Source: Promethearchaeota archaeon
Lineage (GTDB): Archaea > Asgardarchaeota > Lokiarchaeia > Sigyniarchaeales > SOKP01
Assembly (NCBI GenBank): GCA_011364925.1
Contig: RDOA01000032.1
Coordinates: forward strand, 1-40,468
Length of the DNA stretch: 40,468 nt
Direction of reading: 5' to 3'
The notes under the pieces are model-generated. The model saw nothing but the letters and a program-made list of their open reading frames with translations. It did not search any database and had not been told where the DNA came from. Position numbers and translations under genes: made by a program. This document shows positions 26,990 through 37,079 of the stretch, piece by piece; within the stretch, counting starts at the first letter, position 1, and each line of letters begins with the position of its first letter.

Positions 26990-28240
26990 ATGAGTACTGA
27001 AGAGAAAATATCAAAAGGATTACCCATACTGGATAAAACAAATCATGTTAAAATGAGAAATCTCATTGCTCAAATTTTTATGAACTTAATTCACGGATTT
27101 GGGCTTGGAACATTTAACGTCGTTTTCACGCCTTTCCTTAAAGATTTTACTGGGTCCCTCTTCTACACTGGAGTTATTATTTCTTTTTCAAGTATAATGC
27201 AATTTATACCGATGCCATTAATCGGTAAGTTATCAGATAGATTTGGCATCAAGAAAGTTTGGTTATTCGGTCCTCCATTGTATGCTTTAGGTTTAATAAT
27301 TTTATTTTTCTCGAGTACTATCCCTATACTTATCTTGGGTGTGATAGTGTATATCTTAGGGATGATAACAAATAGCATGAATTTTCAATTGTTTGTTGCT
27401 GAAAACAGTGGTGATTCTAAAAAGGGAATAATGTATGGTCTGGTTTTCTTCGCATTCTTTGGCGGAAGTATTGGAGGAGCCTCTTTTGTCATGCTCAATC
27501 CAAATTTTACCTCACAATTCTATTTTCTATTCTTTACTATAATTTTAATTGTGGAATGGCTTATATTGGCTCTCATAATTAGAACTCCAATATCAAAGAG
27601 TGATACACAACCACTAGAATTACAAACTTTGGAAAAAGACGACAAAATCAAACGCCCAAAACTCTTTCAAAATCCCAAAATAAAAGTAGCGACAATATTC
27701 TTCGCATTAGACGTTTTCGTGTGGGGTATATCCTTGTCAATATTCAATGCGGGATTGTCATCATACTATAATTTTACAGATTCAGAAATTGCTTCTGTAG
27801 TTGTCTGGTTTCACGTTTCAAATATGGTTACCCAAATCCCAGCAGGTAGAATCGCAGATAAGATTGGGAAAAAAAAATGTTTGATAATAAGTCAGTACTT
27901 TGGGATGGTGTTCTTTTCCATGAATATATTAGTTTCGATTTTATGGTCAAATGGGATTACAGTCTTCTTATTTCCGGGTTTAATTATTGGGCAAATCTTT
28001 TATGCAATTGCTGTAACCACCTTCATTCCATCTGAACAGATGACATTGACTAACCTAGGTAATAATAGAAAAGCCGAATCTTATGGGATTGTACTTTTTT
28101 TCAGAAGCGTTGGATTGATGCCTACCGGTGCAATTGCTGGTTTTCTTGCTGAAAATGTGCATTATATGGCGCCATTTGTTGTTAGTTTTGTGGGACTATT
28201 TGTTGAAATATGGTTTTTAAGGAGATATTTTAAAGATTAA
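26990..28240 (+). CDS. MFS transporter
   Basis: About 12 hydrophobic segments; GKLSDRFGIKK and GRIADKIGKKK motif A. Confidence 0.93.
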   Translation: MSTEEKISKGLPILDKTNHVKMRNLIAQIFMNLIHGFGLGTFNVVFTPFLKDFTGSLFYTGVIISFSSIMQFIPMPLIGKLSDRFGIKKVWLFGPPLYALGLIILFFSSTIPILILGVIVYILGMITNSMNFQLFVAENSGDSKKGIMYGLVFFAFFGGSIGGASFVMLNPNFTSQFYFLFFTIILIVEWLILALIIRTPISKSDTQPLELQTLEKDDKIKRPKLFQNPKIKVATIFFALDVFVWGISLSIFNAGLSSYYNFTDSEIASVVVWFHVSNMVTQIPAGRIADKIGKKKCLIISQYFGMVFFSMNILVSILWSNGITVFLFPGLIIGQIFYAIAVTTFIPSEQMTLTNLGNNRKAESYGIVLFFRSVGLMPTGAIAGFLAENVHYMAPFVVSFVGLFVEIWFLRRYFKD

Positions 28241-28263
28241 TTTCAGGCAAGAAATTCCAATAT

Positions 28264-29127
28264 TCATAATTTCTTCCACTCTCGATAAGATTGTATTAAT
28301 TTTATTACTTTTTCTCGTTCGATATTATCCTCAGCAAATCGCTTTTCTTCGCCTTCGATGGGATTCATCCCTAAAAATAGAACTTTAAGTTTTTCAAACT
28401 TTTCAAACTTTTCCAAGTTTTTTAAACTGGTTAACTTATTTGTATCCAGATAAAGAGTATCAAGGTTAATTAACGATTCCAGATTTTTTATTTCTTTAAT
28501 ATTGTTATTGTTGAGATATAACACTGTAAGTTTACTCAATGCATCCAAGTCTTTGATTTCCTCAATTTGGTTGTATGCAAGAAACAACCGCTCAAGGTTA
28601 GTTAAATTGCTCAAATTTTTGATTTCTGTTATTTGGTTGCGATTAAGGTCCAAGGTTACAAGATTAGAGAGGTTTTTTAAACCACGTATTTCTGTTATTT
28701 GATTTCCGGTAAGGGTTAGCTTTATAAGATTAGTTAACGAGTCTAATCCTTTAATTTCAGAAATCTTATTTTTATTAAGCTCTAGCCATTGAAGGTTGGT
28801 TAGGGAATCAAATCCTTTTAACTCACGAATCTGATTTCCATTAAGGAAGATACGATCGAGTTTAGTTAAATTATCAAGCCCTTCTATCACCTGGAACTCA
28901 TTATTACTAAGATGCAATTGCTTAAGGTTCGGTAGTTCCTCCAACCCTCTAAAATCTGTAATTTTATTGTTTGATAAATCTAAGGCTTCCACATTTTTTA
29001 ACTTATTAAGCCCTTTTAATTCTGAGATTTCTACTATATCCATATCGTTTACACTTAAGCGAATTAGGCCGAGTGCTTCTTTCACATTAAATTTTTTCCC
29101 TTTAACCTTTACTGATCCTAACCCCAT
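28264..29127 (-). CDS. Leucine-rich repeat protein (SDS22/internalin-like, 22-aa repeats)
   Basis: About 10 repeats of LxxLxLxxNxIxEIKGLDxLTN. Confidence 0.95.
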   Translation of the reverse strand: MGLGSVKVKGKKFNVKEALGLIRLSVNDMDIVEISELKGLNKLKNVEALDLSNNKITDFRGLEELPNLKQLHLSNNEFQVIEGLDNLTKLDRIFLNGNQIRELKGFDSLTNLQWLELNKNKISEIKGLDSLTNLIKLTLTGNQITEIRGLKNLSNLVTLDLNRNQITEIKNLSNLTNLERLFLAYNQIEEIKDLDALSKLTVLYLNNNNIKEIKNLESLINLDTLYLDTNKLTSLKNLEKFEKFEKLKVLFLGMNPIEGEEKRFAEDNIEREKVIKLIQSYREWKKL

Positions 29128-29302
29128 TCTAATATTCCTACTATTGGTTAAAATTTTTTTGATTAGTATATTTGTACCCTAATTTAGTAATAAATCTTCT
29201 TTATTGGAAACTGAATCACTCTGATGTGATAACTTTTTTTAACATTTTTTTGCAAACATTTAAATAGTAAAATGTCCATATTTAAAATTGACGTTAGCAA
29301 TA

Positions 29303-29320
29303 ATTATTGACGTCAATAAT
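29303..29320. promoter_or_regulatory. Perfect 18-bp palindrome, putative operator
   Basis: ATTATTGACGTCAATAAT, with a related site ATTGACGTTA at 29287-29296. Confidence 0.55.
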
Positions 29321-29322
29321 AA

Positions 29323-30189
29323 ATGAGATGGAGGATGAAAATGAGTTCAAAATCCCATCCTTTTAAAGATAAGGAAATAAATGATTTAAAAACATATCTA
29401 CAGAAGATAGAAGTGCCTGTTGAGAACATTTCAAAAGATATTGATATTGAAGAACTCTCTTCTCAAATAAGTAAGAAATATGAAAAAACAATCAGTCCAG
29501 GGCAAGTTGAAGCAATTTTGCACCGAGTAATGGGAATTACTCTTACAGCTAAACAACGAACCCAATTATACGATTTACGGAAAAAAATTCAGAGATATGA
29601 AAAGTTCTTAGCTAATTTTAGAGAATGGGGAAAAAAGTATGATAATCAGCTAAAAATGATAATTCTTGGCTTAACAGAAGAGCAATCTGATTACCTCTCG
29701 CAGGTTTTAACTAAACCATTTATAGCTCCTGATAGGAATATAATAGGTGTTAATTTTATGACAAAATCAATTGAAAGTTTTGGCAAATTCTTGCCACAAC
29801 TTCAAATCTGGGATATCACCAATCAAGAGCGATTTGCGTTTATAAGACCTCAATTTTATAGAGGGGCTGCAGCAGCATTTCTGGTGTTTAATAAAGAAAG
29901 CCGCTCATCTTTTAATACGGTCAAGAATTATAGTAATGAAGTCAGGGAGGAAACAGGATTAAAATTTAAACTTAAAATCAAACATAAAACTCAGAAAGAG
30001 ATTTCTTTGCCTATAGGACTTATAGCTACTGGAAGAAACAATGTGATACCATATGAAGAAATCTTATCTCTCACCAAGGACATAGGAGCCAGCTACTATG
30101 AACTTGAAACTATAGAAGATGAACGTTTTCAGGAGATACTCATTGGTACAGCTATGGCAGTATTAGTAAGACTTCAAAATAGTTCCTAA
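29323..30189 (+). CDS. Rab-like small GTPase domain protein with a degenerate P-loop and N-terminal helical extension
   Basis: IIGVNF, LQIWDITNQERFAFIRPQFYRGAAAAFLVFN. G1 is replaced by LGLTEEQSDY and there is no NKxD. Confidence 0.8.
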   Translation: MRWRMKMSSKSHPFKDKEINDLKTYLQKIEVPVENISKDIDIEELSSQISKKYEKTISPGQVEAILHRVMGITLTAKQRTQLYDLRKKIQRYEKFLANFREWGKKYDNQLKMIILGLTEEQSDYLSQVLTKPFIAPDRNIIGVNFMTKSIESFGKFLPQLQIWDITNQERFAFIRPQFYRGAAAAFLVFNKESRSSFNTVKNYSNEVREETGLKFKLKIKHKTQKEISLPIGLIATGRNNVIPYEEILSLTKDIGASYYELETIEDERFQEILIGTAMAVLVRLQNSS

Positions 30190-30201
30190 ATAATCTTTTT
30201 T

Positions 30202-30954
30202 TTAATTGTTCTCAAGTGTATTTAAATTTAGTTCAAAAAGTTTATCTTGAATTTTATTCTTTAACTCTTTAGCAAAATTGTTTGTAACTTCGTCTGGAAC
30301 ATAATTTAGGTACTCATTGATTTCATTTTGAATTATCTTGTCTAGCTCATCCATTAATTCTTCGGTTGTTTCGTGACTCCTTAAATAAAGATTCTTATAG
30401 GTATGAATATACCTTGTATTGAATTTTTTTAACCATTTTTTACCAACTTGCTCAAGCAGATTTAGAGTTGTTCTAGAACTAGGATCGTTAAAGTTCGCAA
30501 ACTCATATTCGTACTTAATTAGTCTCTCTTCGCAATATTTGACTACTTGGGCTTTTTGCTTTGAATTTAAATCTGTGTTGGCATTAAGAAATATGATAAC
30601 CATAAATTTTTCGAGTAAGAAATAGATTTGAACTTTAATATTTGAACCGTAAATTTCCAAGTTAGATAGGTTCTTAATGTTAGCTTGCCCTGCGAAGACT
30701 TTAAACGAGCTCAAATACATTGAGACAAGGTCAATCTCTAGAAAATTCTGTTGATCTTTCGACAGATAAGACTTTATTGACCCATATTTATCGTCTTCTA
30801 CTGAATCATACTCAAAGACCGTGATTGTGTTCCCATACTGATCTGCGATAATGATTCCAATAATCGGAGGGATCACATTAAAATTATTTGAGCGATAAGC
30901 GGTTTCGGTTAATCTTTGTTCAACGAAATCATCGCCTTTTCCCGCTTCAAGCAT
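30202..30954 (-). CDS. Hypothetical protein with a longin/roadblock-like domain
   Basis: IIGIIIADQYGNTI, helix LVSMYLSSFKVFA, then three beta strands and a helical C-terminus. Confidence 0.55.
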   Translation of the reverse strand: MLEAGKGDDFVEQRLTETAYRSNNFNVIPPIIGIIIADQYGNTITVFEYDSVEDDKYGSIKSYLSKDQQNFLEIDLVSMYLSSFKVFAGQANIKNLSNLEIYGSNIKVQIYFLLEKFMVIIFLNANTDLNSKQKAQVVKYCEERLIKYEYEFANFNDPSSRTTLNLLEQVGKKWLKKFNTRYIHTYKNLYLRSHETTEELMDELDKIIQNEINEYLNYVPDEVTNNFAKELKNKIQDKLFELNLNTLENN

Positions 30955-31097
30955 AAATCTAAATTAACATAAACACTATAAATTAAAGAGGGTGTGCTGA
31001 TTTTTAAGAAAAGTTAGTAATTTTATGCGATTTATGATCGTGAAACATAAAATCGTGAAAAAATTTGGTTTTAACAATTGGTTTTAGGTAGGAAAGT

Positions 31098-32348
31098 TCA
31101 AATTTCTACTAAGACTTCATCTACAGGAATAATTTCTTTTGAAAAGCGTTTTATTGTTACTCGCTGTAATAATAAAAAACCTAAGATTGATAATATCGAA
31201 AGAATCCCAGCAAAATACCATACCCAGTTTGGTCCAATATATTCCATTACTAAACCCGCAACTAAAACCCCAAATAGATTTGGAATTGCCCATTGAAATT
31301 GAAAAACTGCCATATAACGACCTCGTTTATCTTCAGGAGCAAAAGATGCGGCTGCAACTTGTCCGATTGGAAACCAAATCATTTCTCCGACTGTTATGAT
31401 TGCCATCGCGATGAAAAACAAATATGGTTCAGATATAAAACCATACATGCTAAAGCCAACCATAAGAAATACCGCTCCAAATGCCATCATCTTCATGGGA
31501 GCATATTTAGAAACCCTCTTTGTTATCCAGAATTGAAGGAAAACTACCATAATAGCATTCATACTCAACAACCAACCAAAACCTTGCTCGGAGAATCCAT
31601 GTACATCTCGCAAGAATACTGACAGAGTGCTATTCATTTGCATGTAAACTAGCACTATTATAGCTGATAACAATAAGAATAGCACAAATACCCAATCCTT
31701 TAACACATCCTTATATCCTATTAAGGTTTTAGCAATGGATTCTTCGGGTTCATCACCTAACCGTTGAGGTTTTGTTTCAGGTATGACGAGATATACAATG
31801 AGAGCTGTAATTATGCTACTTACAGCATCTATAATAAACAATAACAGATAGGATCGAGTAGCTACAAAACCACCAAGAAGAGGACCTACAACTGCTGAAA
31901 GATTAAGTGCCACTCGCAGGATTCCAAATCCTTCAGCTCTTTGTTCTTTCGGAAGTAAATCTGCTACCATTGCTTGTCTTGCAGGACCTCCAAAATTCCC
32001 TACCAGTCCTGAAAATGCGCCAATTATGTAAAAAAGATTTAGATCATTCACTAATCCCATAAAGACATTTGATATTCCGCTAACAACCAAACCAAAGAGG
32101 ATCATAACGCGACGACCGTACTTATCCGCTAAAGCTCCTCCGAGCGTCCCACCAAAAATATTTCCTAAAGAAAAAATTGAAAAAAGGATTCCCACTTCAA
32201 CCATCCCAACCCCAAAATGCCATGTAATGTACAGAGAATAAAAAGGAAATAATATAAAAGCTCCTAATCTGTCAATGAAAGTAGCTAAGACTAAGACTTT
32301 AAATGCATTTGGATATTCCTTGTATGCGCTTTTAATTCTTGTAAACAT
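31098..32348 (-). CDS. MFS transporter (multidrug-resistance-like)
   Basis: GGALADKYGRR, PARQAMVADL, PEDKRGRY; about 12 TM segments. Confidence 0.93.
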   Translation of the reverse strand: MFTRIKSAYKEYPNAFKVLVLATFIDRLGAFILFPFYSLYITWHFGVGMVEVGILFSIFSLGNIFGGTLGGALADKYGRRVMILFGLVVSGISNVFMGLVNDLNLFYIIGAFSGLVGNFGGPARQAMVADLLPKEQRAEGFGILRVALNLSAVVGPLLGGFVATRSYLLLFIIDAVSSIITALIVYLVIPETKPQRLGDEPEESIAKTLIGYKDVLKDWVFVLFLLLSAIIVLVYMQMNSTLSVFLRDVHGFSEQGFGWLLSMNAIMVVFLQFWITKRVSKYAPMKMMAFGAVFLMVGFSMYGFISEPYLFFIAMAIITVGEMIWFPIGQVAAASFAPEDKRGRYMAVFQFQWAIPNLFGVLVAGLVMEYIGPNWVWYFAGILSILSILGFLLLQRVTIKRFSKEIIPVDEVLVEI

Positions 32349-32524
32349 GTATGCAACCTCGAAGTGAGAGATTGAAACTAGTCGATATAAAACAATAATT
32401 TTCAGAGATATATTAATAGTGAAAAATAATCATAAATCTCCTAATAGGTGTTTAAAACAATGAGTATTTGTATTTATAGTTTAAAGAACCGAACTTTCAC
32501 CGAACTTCGAACTTGAAAATTAGA

Positions 32525-33943
32525 TCAGCCACTAATATTTCCTTTTAAATAATTTCGTTTTTGAAGTAATATTTGAATTTGTTCCTCTAAACGAGCTAAA
32601 TCCATTCTTTCCGCGATTTTTCCTCCACTTTTTCTCAACTTCTGCCACTTGATAAAATCTTTTGATAATTCAGTTTGTTCATCTTCAACTCGTTTAGCTA
32701 CTAAATTTAAGCCGTGTATATATGCTAAATTTAAAGCTTGGGTTAATAATTCTTTCGCCTCCTTAAATTCAAAGGAAACCAACTTCAATTTAGCTTGGAA
32801 TAAACACATCTCAGCGAGAAGGGAGTATACTCCATTATTTTCAGCAATAAACCGTATTTTATTAATATACGGTTGAATTTTATCCAATTCGTTTAAATTA
32901 CAGGTTTCTTTTAATCTTGTCAGATAAAGATCGCATATATTTACCAACGCAATAATTTTAAATTCTATAAATAAAGTCTCCTTATCAGCTACTTCCTTAA
33001 AGATTTTTTCTGCCTTCGTACGAGAGATTTCATCGGGTTTTCTTTTTAATAATTCTGCTTCTTGAAGACGATACGCAACCTCGTTAAACTTATAAGTTCC
33101 TTGCTTAACCAGATTACCCATTCGATCGTGACATTGTAGTGCTCGATCAAGACAATTACCTTTTAAATAAGCGTGAAAAAGAGAGCTACTTACAATAAAA
33201 GTTTTCCAACTGTTAATTTTGTAACATAGCGATAGACCCTTTTCTAAATGTTTTATGGCTTCATTAAGTTCACCTTTTTCAGTAAATATTATACCTAAAG
33301 TGTCATGAGCCCCAATAATTTCTTGTACGTCATTTAGTTCGATGGCTAATTCTAAATATCGTTTTTTGTACTCTAAAGCACGATTATGTTCACCTCTAAC
33401 ATCATATGTAATACCTAACCATTTGGAGATTTGAACAATTAGGTTTTTATCATTTATCTCATAAGCGAGTTGGGAAGCTTCACTTAAAAAACTTAAACAG
33501 TGGTTAAGATCGCCTATACCACAATAATAACGTCCCTTATTCAATAAAACATGTCCCTTCATCAATTTGAATTCTTGCGAGAATTTTGGATTAATTCTGG
33601 TTAAGATCTCTTCAGCTTCATTAATCATTTCTAGTTGATTATTTGGTTCAAGTAAACTTGCAAAAATATAACACTTCAATAAGAGAATTCTTATAGTATC
33701 ATAATCTGAATTTAACTCTTTGATTTCTTTATACGCCAGATCAGCGAATTTCGCCGCTTCTTTAGAATTAAGATTATCAACTAGAATTGAGGCTTTTAAG
33801 AAATAAAACTGAAATCGTTCTTGGGTTGTAAACTCTTCTCTATTAGTGAGATTATCCAAAATTTTGAGAGCTTCTTTGAGTTTCCAATTATTTTTAAGGT
33901 ATTCTGCGTGTTTTAACTCTTGATTGTTGATAGTAGGTATCAT
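32525..33943 (-). CDS. Tetratricopeptide repeat protein
   Basis: Repeats such as LGITYDVRGEHNRALEY and LGIIFTEKGELNEAIKHLEKGL. ATG at 33943 follows a GAGGA SD-like site. Confidence 0.85.
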   Translation of the reverse strand: MIPTINNQELKHAEYLKNNWKLKEALKILDNLTNREEFTTQERFQFYFLKASILVDNLNSKEAAKFADLAYKEIKELNSDYDTIRILLLKCYIFASLLEPNNQLEMINEAEEILTRINPKFSQEFKLMKGHVLLNKGRYYCGIGDLNHCLSFLSEASQLAYEINDKNLIVQISKWLGITYDVRGEHNRALEYKKRYLELAIELNDVQEIIGAHDTLGIIFTEKGELNEAIKHLEKGLSLCYKINSWKTFIVSSSLFHAYLKGNCLDRALQCHDRMGNLVKQGTYKFNEVAYRLQEAELLKRKPDEISRTKAEKIFKEVADKETLFIEFKIIALVNICDLYLTRLKETCNLNELDKIQPYINKIRFIAENNGVYSLLAEMCLFQAKLKLVSFEFKEAKELLTQALNLAYIHGLNLVAKRVEDEQTELSKDFIKWQKLRKSGGKIAERMDLARLEEQIQILLQKRNYLKGNISG

Positions 33944-34011
33944 AGATAACCAAATCCTCAATTTTGGAATCAAATTTTGATATTATTTCTTTAGTTAAGG
34001 ACCTCTCTTAA

Positions 34012-34662
34012 CTATTTCGCCATCTTTATCTTTTTTTTTAATTCAAATAGAGCTGCAAGAGGCAGAGAGATGTCAAAATAAACAAAAGCCTCCTCTGTAT
34101 TTAAATCTTCTTCCATTGCCAACTTCTGTAACTTCAAAATGTATTCGGCATGGAGATCCATCAGTGCTTCAGCTCGCTTTTTATCAAGATAAAACACAAC
34201 AGGTGCAGGAATAAAGGATAAAAATTCGTCATAGATTTCTTTAGATCTTTCAGGGTCATCTAGTTCACTTTCAAGAAGATTTAGTAGCGGGTCTAGATAG
34301 CTTAACAATTTACTTATGTTATATCCCGCTTTACGATAATGATTTATTACTCTTTTGTAAAAATTCTCCTCTTCCTCCTCTTCTTTTTTGAATTTCGGGT
34401 TGATTCTATAGATTTTTGGCGGGATTCTGCCTTTTATTACGCTTTTAGGTGTTTTACATAGAAGAAGCCCGTCCTTTTCCATGAGTTTTAGGTGCCTAGC
34501 AACGGTTGTTTTCCCTTGTTCAACATAATGAGAAATCTGAGTAACATTTAATTCAGTATGAAGTTCAAGGAGAGCCCATATATCAGATCTTACTTTATGT
34601 TTATTTATTAGTTGGTCCCATTCTTCTTCGAATCCATAAACTTTTTTGACATCTGACGAAAT
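34012..34662 (-). CDS. ArsR-like winged-helix regulator; probable ATT start at 34662
   Basis: The frame is open upstream of 34482 and encodes KVRSDIWALLELHTELNVTQISHYVEQGKTTVARHLKLMEKDGLL. GAGGGT lies 6 nt before the ATT. Confidence 0.8.
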   Translation of the reverse strand: MSSDVKKVYGFEEEWDQLINKHKVRSDIWALLELHTELNVTQISHYVEQGKTTVARHLKLMEKDGLLLCKTPKSVIKGRIPPKIYRINPKFKKEEEEEENFYKRVINHYRKAGYNISKLLSYLDPLLNLLESELDDPERSKEIYDEFLSFIPAPVVFYLDKKRAEALMDLHAEYILKLQKLAMEEDLNTEEAFVYFDISLPLAALFELKKKIKMAK

Positions 34663-34921
34663 TTTTATACCCTCTTTATTATTTAGTTTTAATTCTTAAT
34701 TATATTCCCACTAAATTTTTAATGTTGGGATTATTTGTAATTCTAGCAAGCATTTTACAAGATTTCCATTAAGGAATGATATTATTATTTAAATCTTTAA
34801 TTAATATATTGATTTTAAGTATAAAAAATTGATCGAAAAGTTTATATAGGAAACGTTCTATTTTCCCCAATAATGGCACGATAACAAAATTGTGCTAATC
34901 TATAAGAAAAAGCGAAATTAG

Positions 34922-35560
34922 ATGAGTCGAACAAAATTAAAAACGAAAATATATATAATCCTTGTGATAGCACTCTTTTTCTTGGGCATTGCTTCAGTTG
35001 GAACAGCATGGAGCCCTCGAAGGAGCGTAACTTATAGACCCATAGGTGAATGGGTAGAGAGCAACCCAGTGGTCGTTTATGGCTTTACTACCAATTGGGA
35101 TCTCCTCCCAGAGGGATATATCCTAAGACCTGCTATAAATGATCCCAGTCAATACTCTGGTTATATCAAAGAAGAAGTTTTAGATGATGGGCGAGCAGAA
35201 CTTACAGTTGTTGTTTTTGGAAGAGGATTCCCAATACATTTATTCGGATTAAAAGATGCTTTTAATGGAATATGGGAAGATATAATGATAGACACTGCCT
35301 TCTATTGCATTTATGTAGAGAAATTTATTCTTCCCGAAGCTGGTATGGAGATACCTGAATTATGGGATATTTTTGATGGTATAGTAGGTGAAATGGTATC
35401 GGGTTATTCAATTGGATTTGGTTATGGAACTTTTACCGATTATGCAGAAACCTTAGGGTTCGCTTCAGGTGAGACAGGGAGAATTTTCCTTCACCAGGAA
35501 TTCTATTTCGACGAGGAAGGAAACGAAATATGGCCATACGAAACAATAAATATATTTTAG
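34922..35560 (+). CDS. Secreted or membrane-anchored acidic hypothetical protein
   Basis: Basic N-region, hydrophobic helix and ASVGTA (signal-peptide-like), then an acidic/aromatic beta-rich body. Confidence 0.75.
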   Translation: MSRTKLKTKIYIILVIALFFLGIASVGTAWSPRRSVTYRPIGEWVESNPVVVYGFTTNWDLLPEGYILRPAINDPSQYSGYIKEEVLDDGRAELTVVVFGRGFPIHLFGLKDAFNGIWEDIMIDTAFYCIYVEKFILPEAGMEIPELWDIFDGIVGEMVSGYSIGFGYGTFTDYAETLGFASGETGRIFLHQEFYFDEEGNEIWPYETINIF

Positions 35561-35711
35561 TGTTAAGAGAGAAGGAGAGTTTAATTGAGGGTTGAAATCT
35601 TAAATAATAGTATAGAATGGGGGAATCCATTTCTGTACACTTTTTTTTTCCTTGATTGATATGTCTGATTAATATATTTGGAAGGGCAAATAGTATTCTA
35701 ATTATTTCTTT

Positions 35712-36980
35712 TTATTCAGCATGTTCACTTTTTTTAAATCTTCTTTTCAAGCGTAAAACTTCGAAAGCTAAAGGAAAGGCTAGTTTTGGCATAAAGAAAT
35801 TTATTTTCTTTTTCGAGCCAGTCATAATTTTACCCCATTCAACCATAAATTTATCCCCTTTTTTTAAACTCATAGAAGCAAAAGCGTCAAGAAAAATAGG
35901 GTGTTTTGCGCAAAAACGCGCCATTCTAATAGACCATTTAAAATCTTTTCCAAACGATTTCATCCATTGTTTATGGTATCGCTTGAGAAAATTCTTTGTA
36001 AAATCGCTATTTTGAAAAGCTTCAGAAATAGTATCAGCTGCGATTTCAGCAGCATCCATTGCATATTGTAATCCCTCTCCTGTTAAGGGATCGATCATCC
36101 CCGCAGCGTCTCCAACAATGAGTAAATGATCGTCATAACTTTGATTGATCCCACCAAAACGAATCGGAGCTGCTTTCATCTGCTCTAATTCTGCATTTGG
36201 ACCTATAGCTTCGCTAATAAAAGGGTCATTTTTAATTAAGTCGTGATGGAGATGATACAAATTTTCAGTTTTTGCTTCGCCAAATGGTATTATATAGCAA
36301 CAAAAAACTAAATCGTTATCAGCTTCTCGCATAAAAGCACAATACCCCGGAACAATTTTCATCGGGATAATAGTTAATCCATCGTATTTAAAATTGTAAG
36401 TTCCTGCTTTAATGTAAGCCCTACTACAAACTGCTTGGGGAGGTTCCTTTATATATCCTAGAGACTGTGCTATGCTAGAAGAAGATCCATCTGCTACAAC
36501 GAGGATCTTTGCGTGATATTCCTCTTGGTCTATTTGCTTAGATTTGATAATCCAATTTCCCTGATTACTGTCAAATCTAACCTCCTTGACGGAATAATTT
36601 TCTACCAATTCTGAACCTGCGGAGACTGCCGTTCTGACCAGCATTTCGTCCATAATTTTTCGCTTGACAGCAATAACCAAATGGGATCCAGTTTCAGCAT
36701 ACGAATCACCAATGTAAGTAATTCCGCTAGGGCTAACTAATCCTCCTACTGCTGTCCAGTGTCCTTTATTTTCATCAACTAATTTTTGCATTATCCCCAT
36801 TCGTTCTAAATGGGTATGACATCTTTGAGTAAACGCATCACCGCATATTTTGTCCCTAGGAAATTCTTTTTTCTCGAGAATTAAAGGCTTAAATCCTTTT
36901 TGAGTCAAGTAAAAAGCACAAGTCGAACCTGCAGGTCCAGCACCGATAATACAGACATCGTAAATTTTCTTGTCTACCAT
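35712..36980 (-). CDS. Geranylgeranyl reductase family FAD-dependent oxidoreductase
   Basis: IIGAGPAGS, FPRDKICGDA, VADG, VGDAAGMIDPLTGEGL. Confidence 0.93.
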   Translation of the reverse strand: MVDKKIYDVCIIGAGPAGSTCAFYLTQKGFKPLILEKKEFPRDKICGDAFTQRCHTHLERMGIMQKLVDENKGHWTAVGGLVSPSGITYIGDSYAETGSHLVIAVKRKIMDEMLVRTAVSAGSELVENYSVKEVRFDSNQGNWIIKSKQIDQEEYHAKILVVADGSSSSIAQSLGYIKEPPQAVCSRAYIKAGTYNFKYDGLTIIPMKIVPGYCAFMREADNDLVFCCYIIPFGEAKTENLYHLHHDLIKNDPFISEAIGPNAELEQMKAAPIRFGGINQSYDDHLLIVGDAAGMIDPLTGEGLQYAMDAAEIAADTISEAFQNSDFTKNFLKRYHKQWMKSFGKDFKWSIRMARFCAKHPIFLDAFASMSLKKGDKFMVEWGKIMTGSKKKINFFMPKLAFPLAFEVLRLKRRFKKSEHAE

Positions 36981-37079
36981 TTGCGAACACTATTAATAAT
37001 ATATCTCTTAGGTTTTAAAGATTAAGATTAAAAAAAAAAAAAAATTATTTTTAGTATTATTGACCAATGGTGAAGAAGA

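Noticed and set aside
28264-29127. 66-bp periodicity resembling a CRISPR or tandem DNA repeat
   Set aside because: Fully explained by 22-aa LRR coding repeats; there are no identical repeat-spacer units.
37030-37044. A15 homopolymer as a phase-variation tract
   Set aside because: Intergenic A/T runs are common in this genome, and no evidence of length variation is available from a single sequence.
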